A DNA stretch of 64,000 nucleotides from Laetmonice hystrix (lineage: Eukaryota): assembly GCA_965235115.1 (NCBI GenBank), contig OZ249437.1:46810001-46874000 (forward strand), written 5' to 3'. This document shows, in pieces, positions 12,154-24,150 of the stretch; position 1 is the first letter of the stretch, and each line of letters begins with the position of its first letter. The notes beneath the pieces were generated by a model. It worked only from the letters and a program-made list of their open reading frames with translations. It was not told where the DNA came from and did no database searches. The position numbers and the translations under genes were made by a program.

Positions 12154-13172
12154 CACAGACAACATGGCTCAGTATAGCTGACATCTACTGACGGCGGGCT
12201 CTGTATACACCACCCACACAGACCATGGCTCAGTATACACCACCCACACAGACCATGGCTCAGTATACACCACCCACACAGACCATGGCTCAGTATACAC
12301 CACCCACACAGACCATGGCTCAGTATACACCACCCACACAGACCATGGCTCAGTATACACCACCCACAGAGACCATGGCTCAGTATACACCACCCACACA
12401 GACCATGGCTCAGTATACACCACCCACACAGACCATGGCTCAGTATAGCTGACATCTACTGACGGCGGGCTCTGTATACACCACCCACACAAACCATGGC
12501 TCAGTATACACCACCCACACAGACCATGGCTCAGTATACACCACCCACACAGACCATGGCTCAGTATACACCACCCACACAGACCATGGCTCAGTATACA
12601 CCACCCACACAGACCATGGCTCAGTATACACCACCCACACAGACCATGGCTCAGTATACACCACCCACACAGACCATGGCTCAGTATACACCACCCACAC
12701 AGACCATGGCTCAGTATACACCACCCACACAGACAACATGGCTCAGTATAGCTGACATCTACTGACGGCGGGCTCAGTATACACCACCCACACAGACCAT
12801 GGCTCAGTATACACCACCCACACAGACCATGGCTCAGTATACACCACCCACACAGACCATGGCTCAGTATACACCACCCACACAGACCATGGCTCAGTAT
12901 ACACCACCCACACAGACAACATGGCTCAGTATAGCTGACATCTACTGACGGCGGGTTCAGTATACACCACCCACACAGACCATGGCTCAGTATACACCAC
13001 CCACACAGACAACATGGCTCAGTATAGCTGACATCTACTGACGGCGGGCTCAGTATACACCACCACAGACCATGGCTCAGTATAGCTGACATCTACTGAC
13101 GGCAGGCTCAGTATACACCACCACAGACCATGGCTCAGTATACACCACCACAGACCATGGCTCAGTATACAC
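12154..13172. repeat. 30-bp minisatellite with recurrent longer variant units, abutting the exon 11 acceptor
   Basis: Unit ACCATGGCTCAGTATACACCACCCACACAG, interrupted several times by GCTGACATCTACTGACGGCGGGCTC. Confidence 0.97.
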
Positions 13173-13506
13173 CGACATGTACTGAAGGCGGGCGGCCAGG
13201 CGGCCATTGGCAGCCACCACCAAGTCAAGATTCTCGATGGTCAACTTTCCACAATCTCTCAAGATTTCTTCACAATCATAGTACCGGCGTGGCTATCAGT
13301 GGCCAGCACTACCGGCAGTATAGATAAATCACCTGGAGCTGTCATGATCAAGGCGACTTTAATTTACTGTCAAAATGTTCCGAGACCATGATTGGGGACA
13401 ATATTATAACTTATCTTCTCCAGGTCACACACGGTTGAAACTCAATACGTCTGAAGTTTCTCTTTCCCATAGCAACTACACGATATGTCTCCGGTTTCAC
13501 TAACCG

Positions 13507-13634
13507 CCTGCCGGCCGCTGACCAGTGTCCAGTTTGTGTTGTCTATGGCTGGCCAGAATCTATGAGTGACCCTGCCGACCGCTGACCAGTGTCCAGTTTG
13601 TGTTGTCTATGGCTGGCCAGAGTCTATGAGTGAC
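13507..13634. repeat. 64-bp direct duplication, 2 copies
   Basis: CCTGCCG(G/A)CCGCTGACCAGTGTCCAGTTTGTG... at 13507 and 13571. Confidence 0.9.
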
Positions 13635-15670
13635 TGACCCGCCCTAAATTACCTGTCCTTGCACAACCCCAGCCTCACAGACACGGTTGGAACTGTTGAC
13701 CCTTGACACCGTAAACACCCCCGGTTTCAGAATAAACGGGTTTAGGTATACCACAAGATGATGATGAGGCCTACTCCAACTGATCACCATTTTACCCAGC
13801 CCTTTTTTCAGCCCGCTCTCAAACCCTCGGAGATTGCTGAACTCTTCGTTTTTTTCGCCCTCGGAGAATATTAATAAACCGATTGAGTAGGACGAAGAAT
13901 ATTAACTGTAGAACTGTCTTAGATATAATACCACAAACTAAATATTATAAATACTCGGCATGGTGCTGGGGAATCAGGAATACTAACCCGACACAACTCT
14001 ACCAACTAGCCTGAAGCAGTTCTTTGGCCATGATAATTATACGCTGACACAACAGCTATGTTGATCCAGACAACAATGCTGAACTGTATGCATATAGCCA
14101 TCAACAGCTCCACAGACAACAACAATGCGGCCAGTGGTACACTCCAATCGGCTCGGCCCGATGACAGCATGGCCGACTTTTGGCTCACTCCGCCCGCCAC
14201 CTTTTTGTAGCTGGCAACTCCCAGCTGCCTGCCGCTTATGTGTGACATTAACCACAAATGCTCCACCAAAAAGGACCTCTCAAAACCTCGGCGACTGGTG
14301 TTTATATTTGTCAGTTTGGTTCAATTTGTTCCACGATGATGGTCTATCTGAGAGGGAGACAGCGCGGGGTGAGCTTGTCTCCGCTGGGGAAGCGCCGAGG
14401 GCCCTGGCCGCGCTGACTGGGAGCAAGGCAGGCAGGCAGGCGGCCCGGAGACGGGTGGGGGCCCAGCCTGTCTACCTCCAGTGAGGGGCTTGCCTCCCGG
14501 GAGCTGGCCACCATCAGGCAGGCTGTGGTTGATGGTTTGTGACAGACTGCTCCGGGCAGACCCAACACGCCCGCGTCAGGCTTGGCCGGCCTCTAACACA
14601 CCTTGCCCAAACCATCAGCATCCTGGAGGCAGACAGAATCCAGCCACTATGTTTGTAACACTTAGTATAAAGCATACGTTTCTCACATTCCTCACATCTC
14701 AACACAACATATTTCACGCCATAAAAAGGTTGAGGCCTTCTGAAATCATTCACTGTAGAATGAAGTTAACCTTTGAAGTTATTTTTTCCACCAAAGTGTG
14801 CATATTTGCAATTTAGCAATCCAGTTATACAATAAGTCTCAAACCAGTAATAGCATTTTTGTTTTTCCTCAGAAGGAATTACCAATTATAAGGAAATGTT
14901 CGGCGGGAAAAGTGTAGCAGTGAGTGACCCAGAGAATATATGGGGTGGTTGAGGGGGCGAGGTTGGGGGAGGGGTGGGGGTCGACTGGTGGCTGACCTCC
15001 TCCAGGGTGTCACCAGGTACCTCAGCACTCCTCCAACCCCTGTCGTCACCCTCACCCAATCTCCTCCTAGTCCTGTCTTCATGCCTCACTCATCAGTTGG
15101 CAGCTGTAGACAACCCGGACTTAACAAAAAAACCGTGGGCCGGTTACTGACATGGTTCGATACGAGCGGGGTGGGGGCTTCAACATGGCACTGGGCGGAG
15201 GGTGGCCACTAGAGACTGGCCGGGCGATAACAGACCGTCGGCCGCTCACAACCCACTAACTTCTTACACCTACCTTATAACATACCTAATGCCTTTAACC
15301 ATATAACATACGTAAATGCGGGTTTTTCAAACAAAGACTAGACAACTTTTTTGGGCGTTTTATCCCCACAATGAGAATTGCCCGCGTGAAGCTACTTTAG
15401 CGACGTGTCGTATTCGAAAACCTCTCGACCTCGCAGAAATATTCCCGACCTAAGGCTAAGCTACCAAGTGTTTCCATAGGGAATACTGTTGGGGGAAATC
15501 CTGTCCAATTAAGCCCGATGAGAAATGTTCCCAACTCCCAAAAGGCATGGTGAAATCTGCTTCATATAAAGTGTAAATTTGGTTGGTGTTGGAAATATAA
15601 TTTGTGCCGTCAACACGAGGCTAACAGTGATAACCAAGTACGGGTTGGAAGACGATATATCCGTGGTTAA

Positions 15671-15928
15671 CACTTCATCTGTTCTTGGCTGCTTCAGTCC
15701 AGACCTTTTAACTTATACACTGCCCTCGCCAGCCACACTTCATCTGTTCTTGGCTGCTTCAGTCCAAACCTTTTAACTTACACACTGCCCTCGCCAGCCA
15801 CACTTCATCTGTTCTTGGCTGCTTCAGTCCAGACCTTTTAACTTATACACTGCCCTCGCCAGCCACACTTCATCTGTTCTTGGCTGCTTCAGTCCAGACC
15901 TTTTAACTTACACACTGCCCTTGCCAGC
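15671..15928. repeat. 65-bp tandem repeat, 4 copies
   Basis: CACTTCATCTGTTCTTGGCTGCTTCAGTCC... at 15671, 15736, 15801 and 15866. Confidence 0.95.
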
Positions 15929-18746
15929 TGAAAGCTGATCATTTAAAAGTCCACCCTGATCATTCAATTATCCTGTACAGTTTACGCATTGTTGACAGAG
16001 AACATCAACATCTCTAAAGTTCCTCTCCCGGCGTTCCACCTTCAATCGGGTGTTTTGTTCATTGTGTGGCACGAACACCAAATTCCACTGCTTGTGTCAA
16101 ATATCCACATTCATAGAGTGTAAATGGCGAACCTCGAGCTGTGAAGGCAAGAGGAGAAATCAGATTGATAGTGAACTGAAAACATAAACAGTGTTGGGTA
16201 TGTGGGTGAGGAGCTTTGCAATGGTTGGTGGTCTCCTGTCCGTAAATTAGGCTCCATTATTCACAGACAGACGAGCCTTTCATTCAATTCATACTTGGAG
16301 GACCCTCCATATAACCCAAGTAGGCTTAGCTTCCCTCCACTACCTCTCCACTTAAGCTTATTGAAATTTACTTTTCTGCCTGATTAATTCATAAGAACAG
16401 CTCGCTTCTCCATCATAACAATCCGTGTCATTAAAAACGCAATGCTCTCCAATTCATTACGCTTTATTATTAGCTTCATTTAGCCTTAATGAATATCTAA
16501 ATGCACCAACGTGGCGGTTGTCAAATTAATATCAACATTGAAACCCGAGCTCCTGGTTGTATACCTCCAATAAAACCTCCCGTCTTCTGATTCCAGAGTT
16601 GCGTCTTGAAAGTCAACCAAACAAAGCTGGCCTAAATTTAACAATGGCATCAGAGTTGGACTCGGCCGTCAAGCGTCGATCGGGTTGCCGGACTTGCCAT
16701 CTCCCAGGCTTGACCTCTGGCGGCAAGACGCAGTGGGAATCCCATAACCCAGCTTCTCTTTCCCAACACTCTTTCACCTATGGGCTTGCATACTTTCACA
16801 GAAGTAATTTAGATGCAAACCAGTGGGAATTTTGATCACTTTTGCCTGTTATGAAAAGTGTAGGGAAACAATAGGATTTGCATGTAAGGCTGATTGGATT
16901 AGTTCTAGGATTTCCATCCTGAGAGCTGGGTTTGGCAGCATTCCCAGTGAAATGGAAGCCGACTTTGGAGCTGCTGATTAAATTGAGGCGGGACCAAATT
17001 AGATCAGAGTTGATGTGGACTGCATCGCTAATTAGTATGTTAAACAGTGTAATTGGGATTTTAACTGACAGCAGTCGGAAATAATTGCCAGGTAAATCGC
17101 AGCCAAGTTGGTCAGGGGCTAGTGTTACATGGCTGATTGAATTTTGTGCTAGACTCTTCTGGCCCTATCGTACTTCTGTATTCCACGCAGGAGGCATGGC
17201 CAAAAGCGGCCAGATTGCCTGGCGAGTGGCCACTCCAAACTTTGTTTTCTCACTTTTAATTGTCATGCCAAATAATATCGACATGCCATAAAGATGTTTG
17301 GTACCCTAAAAAGATCAGGCATGTCCTCTTTGCTGTTGTTTTTGCCGAGGCATTCCACCAACCTGTCCGGGCTGAAGATATCCTGGCCTGCACGTATATA
17401 ATCGATTGACGCCAGTGTTGTACTATTTAGACGATGTGTCCAGCTGGTAGTGTAGCCATTCTTGCCATCTGTCACTGCCTCATTGACTGAGTTTCTGGTT
17501 GAGCCGGATGCAGTCTGACCAGGATGAAGTTATAACCTAATATATGTGAGACGGCAGGAAGGCCAGCCGTTACAATACATCTTGCCGGGCCTCAATGATG
17601 GTTTGACGGGAAGTTAACAAAAAGGCCAAGTTCGCTAGGACATGGGCGACGCGTGCTATGTGGAGTAGCGCGGGAAGGGGGAGTTATACTTCTACAAGAC
17701 TAATGAAGTACCAACACCTGGGCCTGGTTAGTACAAGACTGTCCCACCAAAACCCCCAGTTACCAGGTACTCTCCACGCTAACAGCTCGCACTTAACTAG
17801 AAACAGGACCTACCCAGGCCTTTTTATATCTGTCCGCACCCTCCCCCCCCCCTCCTCCCCCAGCCCTGGCCCACTCCACCAACAAAATATTCACAAACAT
17901 TTCGCATGTGAAATATGGATCTTCATCTGGGTGGAATTAAGAGTGAGGCGATAAGAGTTTGGAGGACTGAGTGTGTGTCGGTGACAGGATACGACCCCAT
18001 CCTCTCAAACACTGCCCGGACTGTCTCCAGTCCCCAGGCCGACCTACACGGTTTTGGCCAAGCATTCACTCAGCAGGCTCCTTGCAGGGGTCACTCTCCC
18101 CACACAAAACGCTGTCCACACCTCCATGCAGTATCTCCCACCCTCGTTGTACGGACCAGGCCAGTGTAATAATTAGCAGCGGCGGTTAATTAGAATTACA
18201 AGGTGGTCACAGGAGTAAGAAAGTTGACCAGAGGAGATCAGTGTCCGGTGTGAAGGAAAAGTGGTGGGGGGTTCGCCGCGGGGGGTGCCCAAACCGCACG
18301 GGGGGTTCACACCTTACACCCTGCTATCAGGAAATACTACCTGTCCGCACCCAGCCCTCCACCTCCCCTGACCAGCCCGCACATCAAATGGTTGTTAATT
18401 AGCATGATTAGTCTGTAATGAGGTAATCATAGCACTGACATGGCTGATGGATTGGTCTTGCGGAAGGCCTTTGGGATGCTGCTGCCGCGGCTGCTACTAC
18501 TGGTTATAGTGGTGGTTTGTTGGCAGTACGTACAGGTGGAGTATGGTGGGTGGGCTGTGGAGGCCACGCGGGGGGTATCAGCATCCATCTGTATCCACCT
18601 CGGGGATGTTATCCCCAGCCCTCACACCCCGCCCTACCCCCTACCCTCTGATTTATGGGGCGCTGTAAGCCTACCTTTTCAATGGGAACCCCCAACCACC
18701 AATGTTTGTGTGTACTCAACATCAGACAGGGGCTAATCGTCCCCCG

Positions 18747-19984
18747 ACACCCAGCCAAACCCAGGCTCAGTCTGCCGCTACCTTCACCTCACACCCAGCC
18801 AAACCCAGGCTCAGTCTGCCGCTACCTCCACCTCACACCCAGCCAAACCCAGGCTCAGTCTGCCGCTACCTTCACCTCACACCCAGCCAAACCCAGGCTC
18901 AGTCTGCCGCTACCTTCACCTCACACCCAGCCAAACCCAGGCTCAGTCTGCCGCTGCCTCCACCTCACACCCAGGCTCAGTCTGCCGCTACCTCCACCTC
19001 ACACCCAGCCAAACCCAGGCTCAGTCTGCCGCTACCTTCACCTCACACCCAGCCAAACCTAGGCTCAGTCTGCCGCTACCTTCACCTCACACCCAGGCTC
19101 AGTCTGCCGCTACCTTCACCTCACACCCAGGCTCAGTCTGCCGCTACCTCCACCTCACACCCAACGAAACCCAGGCTCAGTCTGCCGCTACCTCCACCTC
19201 ACACCCAGCCAAACCCAGGCTCAGTCTGCCGCTACCTCCACCTCACACCCAGGCTCAGTCTGCCGCTACCTTCACCTCACACCCAGCCAAACCCAGGCTC
19301 AGTCTGCCGCTACCTCCACCTCACACCCAGGCTCAGTCTGCCGCTACCTTCACCTCACACCCAGCCAAACCCAGGCTCAGTCTGCCGCTACCTCCACCTC
19401 ACACCCAGCCAAACCCAGGCTCAGTCTGCCGCTACCTTCACCTCACACCCAGCCAAACCCAGGCTCAGTCTGCCGCTACCTTCACCTCACACCCAGCCAA
19501 ACCCAGGCTCAGTCTGCCGCTGCCTCCACCTCACACCCAGGCTCAGTCTGCCGCTACCTTCACCTCACACCCAGCCAAACCCAGGCTCAGTCTGCCGCTA
19601 CCTTCACCTCACACCCAGCCAAACCCAGGCTCAGTCTGCCGCTACCTCCACCTCACACCCAGCCAAACCCAGGCTCAGTCTGCCGCTACCTTCACCTCAC
19701 ACCCAGCCAAACCCAGGCTCAGTCTGCCGCTACCTTCACCTCACACCCAGCCAAACCCAGGCTCAGTCTGCCGCTACCTTCACCTCACACCCAGCCAAAC
19801 CCAGGCTCAGTCTGCCGCTACCTTCACCTCACACCCAGGCTCAGTCTGCCGCTACCTCCACCTCACACCCAGCCAAACCCAGGCTCAGTCTGCCGCTACC
19901 TCCACCTCACACCCAGCCAAACCCAGGCTCATTCTGCCGCTACCTCCACCTCACACCCAGCCAAACCCAGGCTCAGTCTGCCGC
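18747..19984. repeat. 44-bp / 34-bp two-variant minisatellite, about 30 units
   Basis: Unit CACACCCAGCCAAACCCAGGCTCAGTCTGCCGCTACCT(T/C)CACCT; the short variant lacks 10 bp. Accounts for the 444-aa ORF. Confidence 0.97.
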
Positions 19985-22580
19985 AATGTGTCAGAATATC
20001 AACTCCCTTGATACCTGGACACAAGAAGAACCATGATGACACTGCGCGTGGAGATTACTGCCGAGTACTGCTATGCTATATTTTATTGTCTGTCCCACCA
20101 GACACCATCAGTAGTAGGGTTGGGTCGTGTACATACGATGGGCCAGTCTACCGTAGCGTCCACCCTGCCCCCCCCCCCCGGCACCCATGTTTACACAGTC
20201 ATTCGTATCAGTACATCACCACCGTTATCAGAGGTAGCCACCATCAGAGGAATGCTGACCTAAATCACATCCCACTGTATCTGTACTGGATCATTAATCG
20301 GGGCGCCTACTCCACAACCCTCGCCCATGGTCCCGTATATACGGCACCTGTTATACATGGCTTGCAGTGATTGGCTGGCTGGTGGGTCTGGACTGAGCCA
20401 GGAATCTAATGTCCTATACTCCATTAAAGGTGGGGTACCAGCGGCACACTGAATGCCTCATCTACTACTTTATCAGTCACCTCCTGCATCAGTGCCCATA
20501 TGACACGGACAGAGCGGGACCAGCCTCCAGGTCTGGCCTCCAGTACCGACTGCCCGTGATGACCAGTAGATAACGGTTCCTTCCAATTAGCAGCAGTCAG
20601 TTTAGTGGCACCGATAAGGTCCTGATAGAGCAGCTCCCCCGACAGGCACCAATCTACATCCCTACCGGCAGCACCAAGTTCCTGGACCGTAGATACAACA
20701 TTCCTTATCGTTGACATGACAAGTCCATTCTGAAAATATACCGTCTAATCGTTGCCCTGCTCCACAGATAGGCACACAACAGCTGAATATCCATAAAATA
20801 ATCACTCAATGTGAGATGAAGACTTGTCGGTCAAGATGGGATGCAATTCAGACATAAATTATAAACGTCAAATAGTGCATCCAGACAAAATTCCCAGTCG
20901 TACTGACTATGAAAGGCCAAAAGATTCTACGACTACCCTGAATAATCTGTAATTTTCAATAAATGCATTCAGGTTGTACGGAAAAGATCATTTGAACAGA
21001 GTTGTAATAGAGTGTGACATCTGGAGATCTGTACGACTCGAGCGAGCGTTGAGGTCAAACGATTGTAACATGGTTTAGGTGAAAGCTGTTTGAATACCCA
21101 ATACCAGGGTGTGAGGATAAACCCTCTTGTGTCCCGACACCGGGTGGAAGACGTTCTGGTTGGTCAGTATATGGTCAGTGCCACCTCCTGCCCGTGCCAG
21201 CCCTCAACCACGGCCAGCCCCAACCAATCCGACTTGACACAAACAAGCACCAGATGTTTCAACTCTCTTCACACTATCTGCGTCTTTAATTGACAATTTT
21301 CTGCTTTTATATCTCATCAATAAACTGATAAATGTTACATACATCACGACGTGATTTAACCTCGTCTACGTCTTTACTTATCTTATCTCCTTGTATCGCT
21401 TGATATCACTGCGCAAATTTGTGTTTCTATGTTATGATGGTGTGGCACGTTTGTAATGACTGCATCTCACACCCAACTCGATTCATTCGGTACATTCAAC
21501 CAATACTTCACGGGTCTACAAAAATAACTTTGTCTCCCCTCAATCTCTGTTGAAAGAGAAATTTGGCTCAAGGTAGAGATAATGATGCATTTCTTTACTC
21601 TACGCATTTTTTCGCTTATGTTTCAAAGCGAGTTGAAAAAGACGAAAACAAAATGTGCTATCGGGCCAAGTTTGTTGTTAGAAGTGTTACCGACCAACAA
21701 GTTGTGGCTCTATTCGCCTGGTGTGAGGGCAAATATCAACACTACGATAGGGCTATATTGGCTGGTGAGGAGGTATGAAGAGTTGAGGAGACATAATATT
21801 CGGCCTGTTGGGGCCCCGTCAGTGAAGCGGTCCGCGGCTGCAGCTGCCCGCCTTATCAGGCGACCCAAGAGCCTCACTGGGAGCTGGTGGCAGCTGACGG
21901 CTTGGCCCGCTCCACATGCCCCCCTCGTTCCCACCCACTTCCAAGTTTTATCACTCCGCCAAGGAATTTCGTCGGGGCGGCCAACGTGCGGCTGTCATTG
22001 CTGACAAGTGCCATTTGTCGCTGCTGCTGTCAGTTGTGGAGTGTTGTGGGGCGCTTGGAATGGGAACTGGCAACGGCATCTCCGAGTGAGGATAAATCCT
22101 GTTGGTAAGGACAGTTGGCCAGAAAGGTTTCTCAACCCCCTCCCTCCCCGTCTCTGTGGGCCAGAACTGCGGCGCACACGTCCTCCATCTCAATGCTCTG
22201 CTTTCTGATAAGAAAATATCAGGTCAGAGAGCGTGACATCCAAATATTATTGGTGGTGGATAAGGAGCAAATGCCGCTCAAGGGACTCGCCAATGCTACA
22301 GACCAGACCCACTTCACTGGTGCACACGGCCAAATATTTTGACAAACCAACAGCACTGACACCCTTCCACCACCAAAAAGTGCGTGAAAGTTTATCCCGA
22401 GTCCAAACACTATTCAGTGGTGAGAAAAAACATAATCAATCCTACCTGTTAGATAAAAGCTGTTGAAAGAGGACAGACGCAGTAGGGACATACATGGACA
22501 AATCAATTGCTCATTAAATAACAGGCTCCGGTATCAGTGCTGAAAGAGGCCTCTTCTGTCCATCAGATATTACTGGTAAT

Positions 22581-22633
22581 CGCATGCCCTCAATAGATGG
22601 CGCATGCCCCCAATAGGTGGCACATGCCCTCAA
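22581..22633 (+). promoter_or_regulatory. 20-bp tandem repeat carrying two CTCF-like motifs
   Basis: TCAATAGATGGCGC (22590-22603) and CCAATAGGTGGCAC (22610-22623) versus the consensus CCASYAGRKGGCRS (2 and 1 mismatches). Confidence 0.35.
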
Positions 22634-23689
22634 GGCTTGATTTAAAGCGACTTATAGATCAGAATGTTTCAACAGCGCAAGTGTTGCCGACTTCAGCACT
22701 CTTTCCGTGCCGCAGGACTGCCTTGTGATGATCAGTACTTTCAATACCAAGGGAGACTGCTGAGATATTAGATTGCCCAAGACCTCATTCCCTCACACCA
22801 ACGGATGCACGGATTATGGCCCCATTTTCCGACTTACGTTTCTAGAGGCTTATAAAATCATGAAGGCTGCTGCCCCATTTTCTCAACCTCTTTAACTCTT
22901 TTTAGCACCAAACCTCCTCGACACCTTTCTTCAAAATTCTGACATGAAACAATTAAGATTTCAATTAAGATAGCCTTACTGGCGATGGGCGAGTGCAATG
23001 GGAATGTATTTCTAATGGCACGACGGCCAAGTTTCTGGCGGCCACGCTCGCTGGAACTTGTGCAAATAAACAAAGACAAGTTGTTGAGGTGGAAGCCAGG
23101 GTGGGGGTTGTGGGAGCCGGGGCTGTGGGAGCCGGGCCAGCGTGGCCGGGCGCCGCCGCCGCCACCCGCCGCCGTCGTGACTTTGGGGCTTGGCCCCAGA
23201 TTTGGCCCGGTTCTGGGAATGCCCTACTCTGGCCTGGGTTGCCCTTGGATGTAGACGCTGTGCTGTTCGACTACTGGGAGTTCACAGGGGAACTGGGGGC
23301 GTAGCGACTACATAACCTCCCACACTGACTGCCTGACACTACCACCCAACCTGCTGGCAACATGCTATCAAACATGATTTCAAGCTGACAGATAAGGCAA
23401 TCACACGCAGTCACCTTATCAGCGAGGTTAATGTATTATTCATGAGCTGCAGCCACTTGTAGTTGAGTCTGAATAAGTTACAAAGTCCTGATTGTAAAAC
23501 ATGGCCCAATTTGTTCACAGTCTTGCCTCTATCCATCCACGGGTGTGTCGGCCATTGTAGTCGGTCTATCTGATCTAATCACAACTCATTGAGAGTTATA
23601 TCGATCATAATGATGGTCTCCTCCCATTCCGCTCCACCCACCATACACACAGACCACTAACGGACATTTATGGCTCCCTGAAAAAAACA

Positions 23690-24150
23690 CTCCTGCACAT
23701 CCAACAACAACCGCATTTGTTTGCTTTGAAAACTGTCCTCATGTATACTGCTACCAAATGTCGAACTTGGTGAGGAGCATGGCCCATACCACAAGATGAG
23801 TTTTTTCACTCAGTGTACGGGCTGACTATTTATTGTTACACCATACTCTCTTCATCCCGCTCCCAGTACCGGTCGACTGTGTGTGTCCGTGAGATATGAA
23901 ACTTGTATACTACCACAACACACGTATGTAGAGGTGAGGCAGGCTCAACCATCTTTGACAAGTTCCTTCCTGGTGTAACGTCTACCTAGGATGAGGAAGT
24001 GGCCCTTCCCCACCCCCCGACCCATGAAAGCACCTGTCATGGTGTCACACCCAGTTGAACCGAATCACATCTCCGCCTTAATGTCTGAAGGTAGCGATTC
24101 GAGGAGGAAGTGGAAGGCTTTCACAGGTAGACTTCCTGCGTCATCATTTT
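23690..24150 (-). mobile_element. Very degraded remnant possibly from an XPG/FEN-like-nuclease-encoding DNA transposon (AcademX-like)
   Basis: The minus strand reads TGCDTMTGAFMGRGVGK (24055-24005), resembling the GCDTxSxFxGxGK helix-turn-helix motif. A Cys-rich stretch (KANKCGCCWMC) follows in another frame. Many stops and frameshifts. Confidence 0.33.

Noticed and set aside
12154-13172. Repeat-with-interruptions pattern superficially like a CRISPR array (also 4128-4640)
   Set aside because: The intervening sequences are themselves repeated rather than unique spacers, there are no cas genes, and the context is a eukaryotic intron.
16500-17500. Coding-looking fragments on the minus strand (e.g. 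KYASP.VKECWERE, KEDMPDLFRVPNIF)
   Set aside because: Possibly decayed transposon sequence, but I could not assign any family motif. A blastx/Repbase search is needed.
18702-20036. 444-aa ORF, and similarly long ORFs at 1343-2504, 4012-4753, 12117-13092, 41820-42590 and 60746-61704
   Set aside because: They coincide with stop-poor tandem repeats, are open in several frames and on both strands, and lie inside eya introns or flank. They are artefacts, not mucin-like genes.
20424-22470. Several 60-140 aa ORFs on both strands, including a faint C..ESLERHLL resemblance to a LINE zinc knuckle
   Set aside because: No recognisable domain, no splice-consistent structure, and the motifs are too weak.
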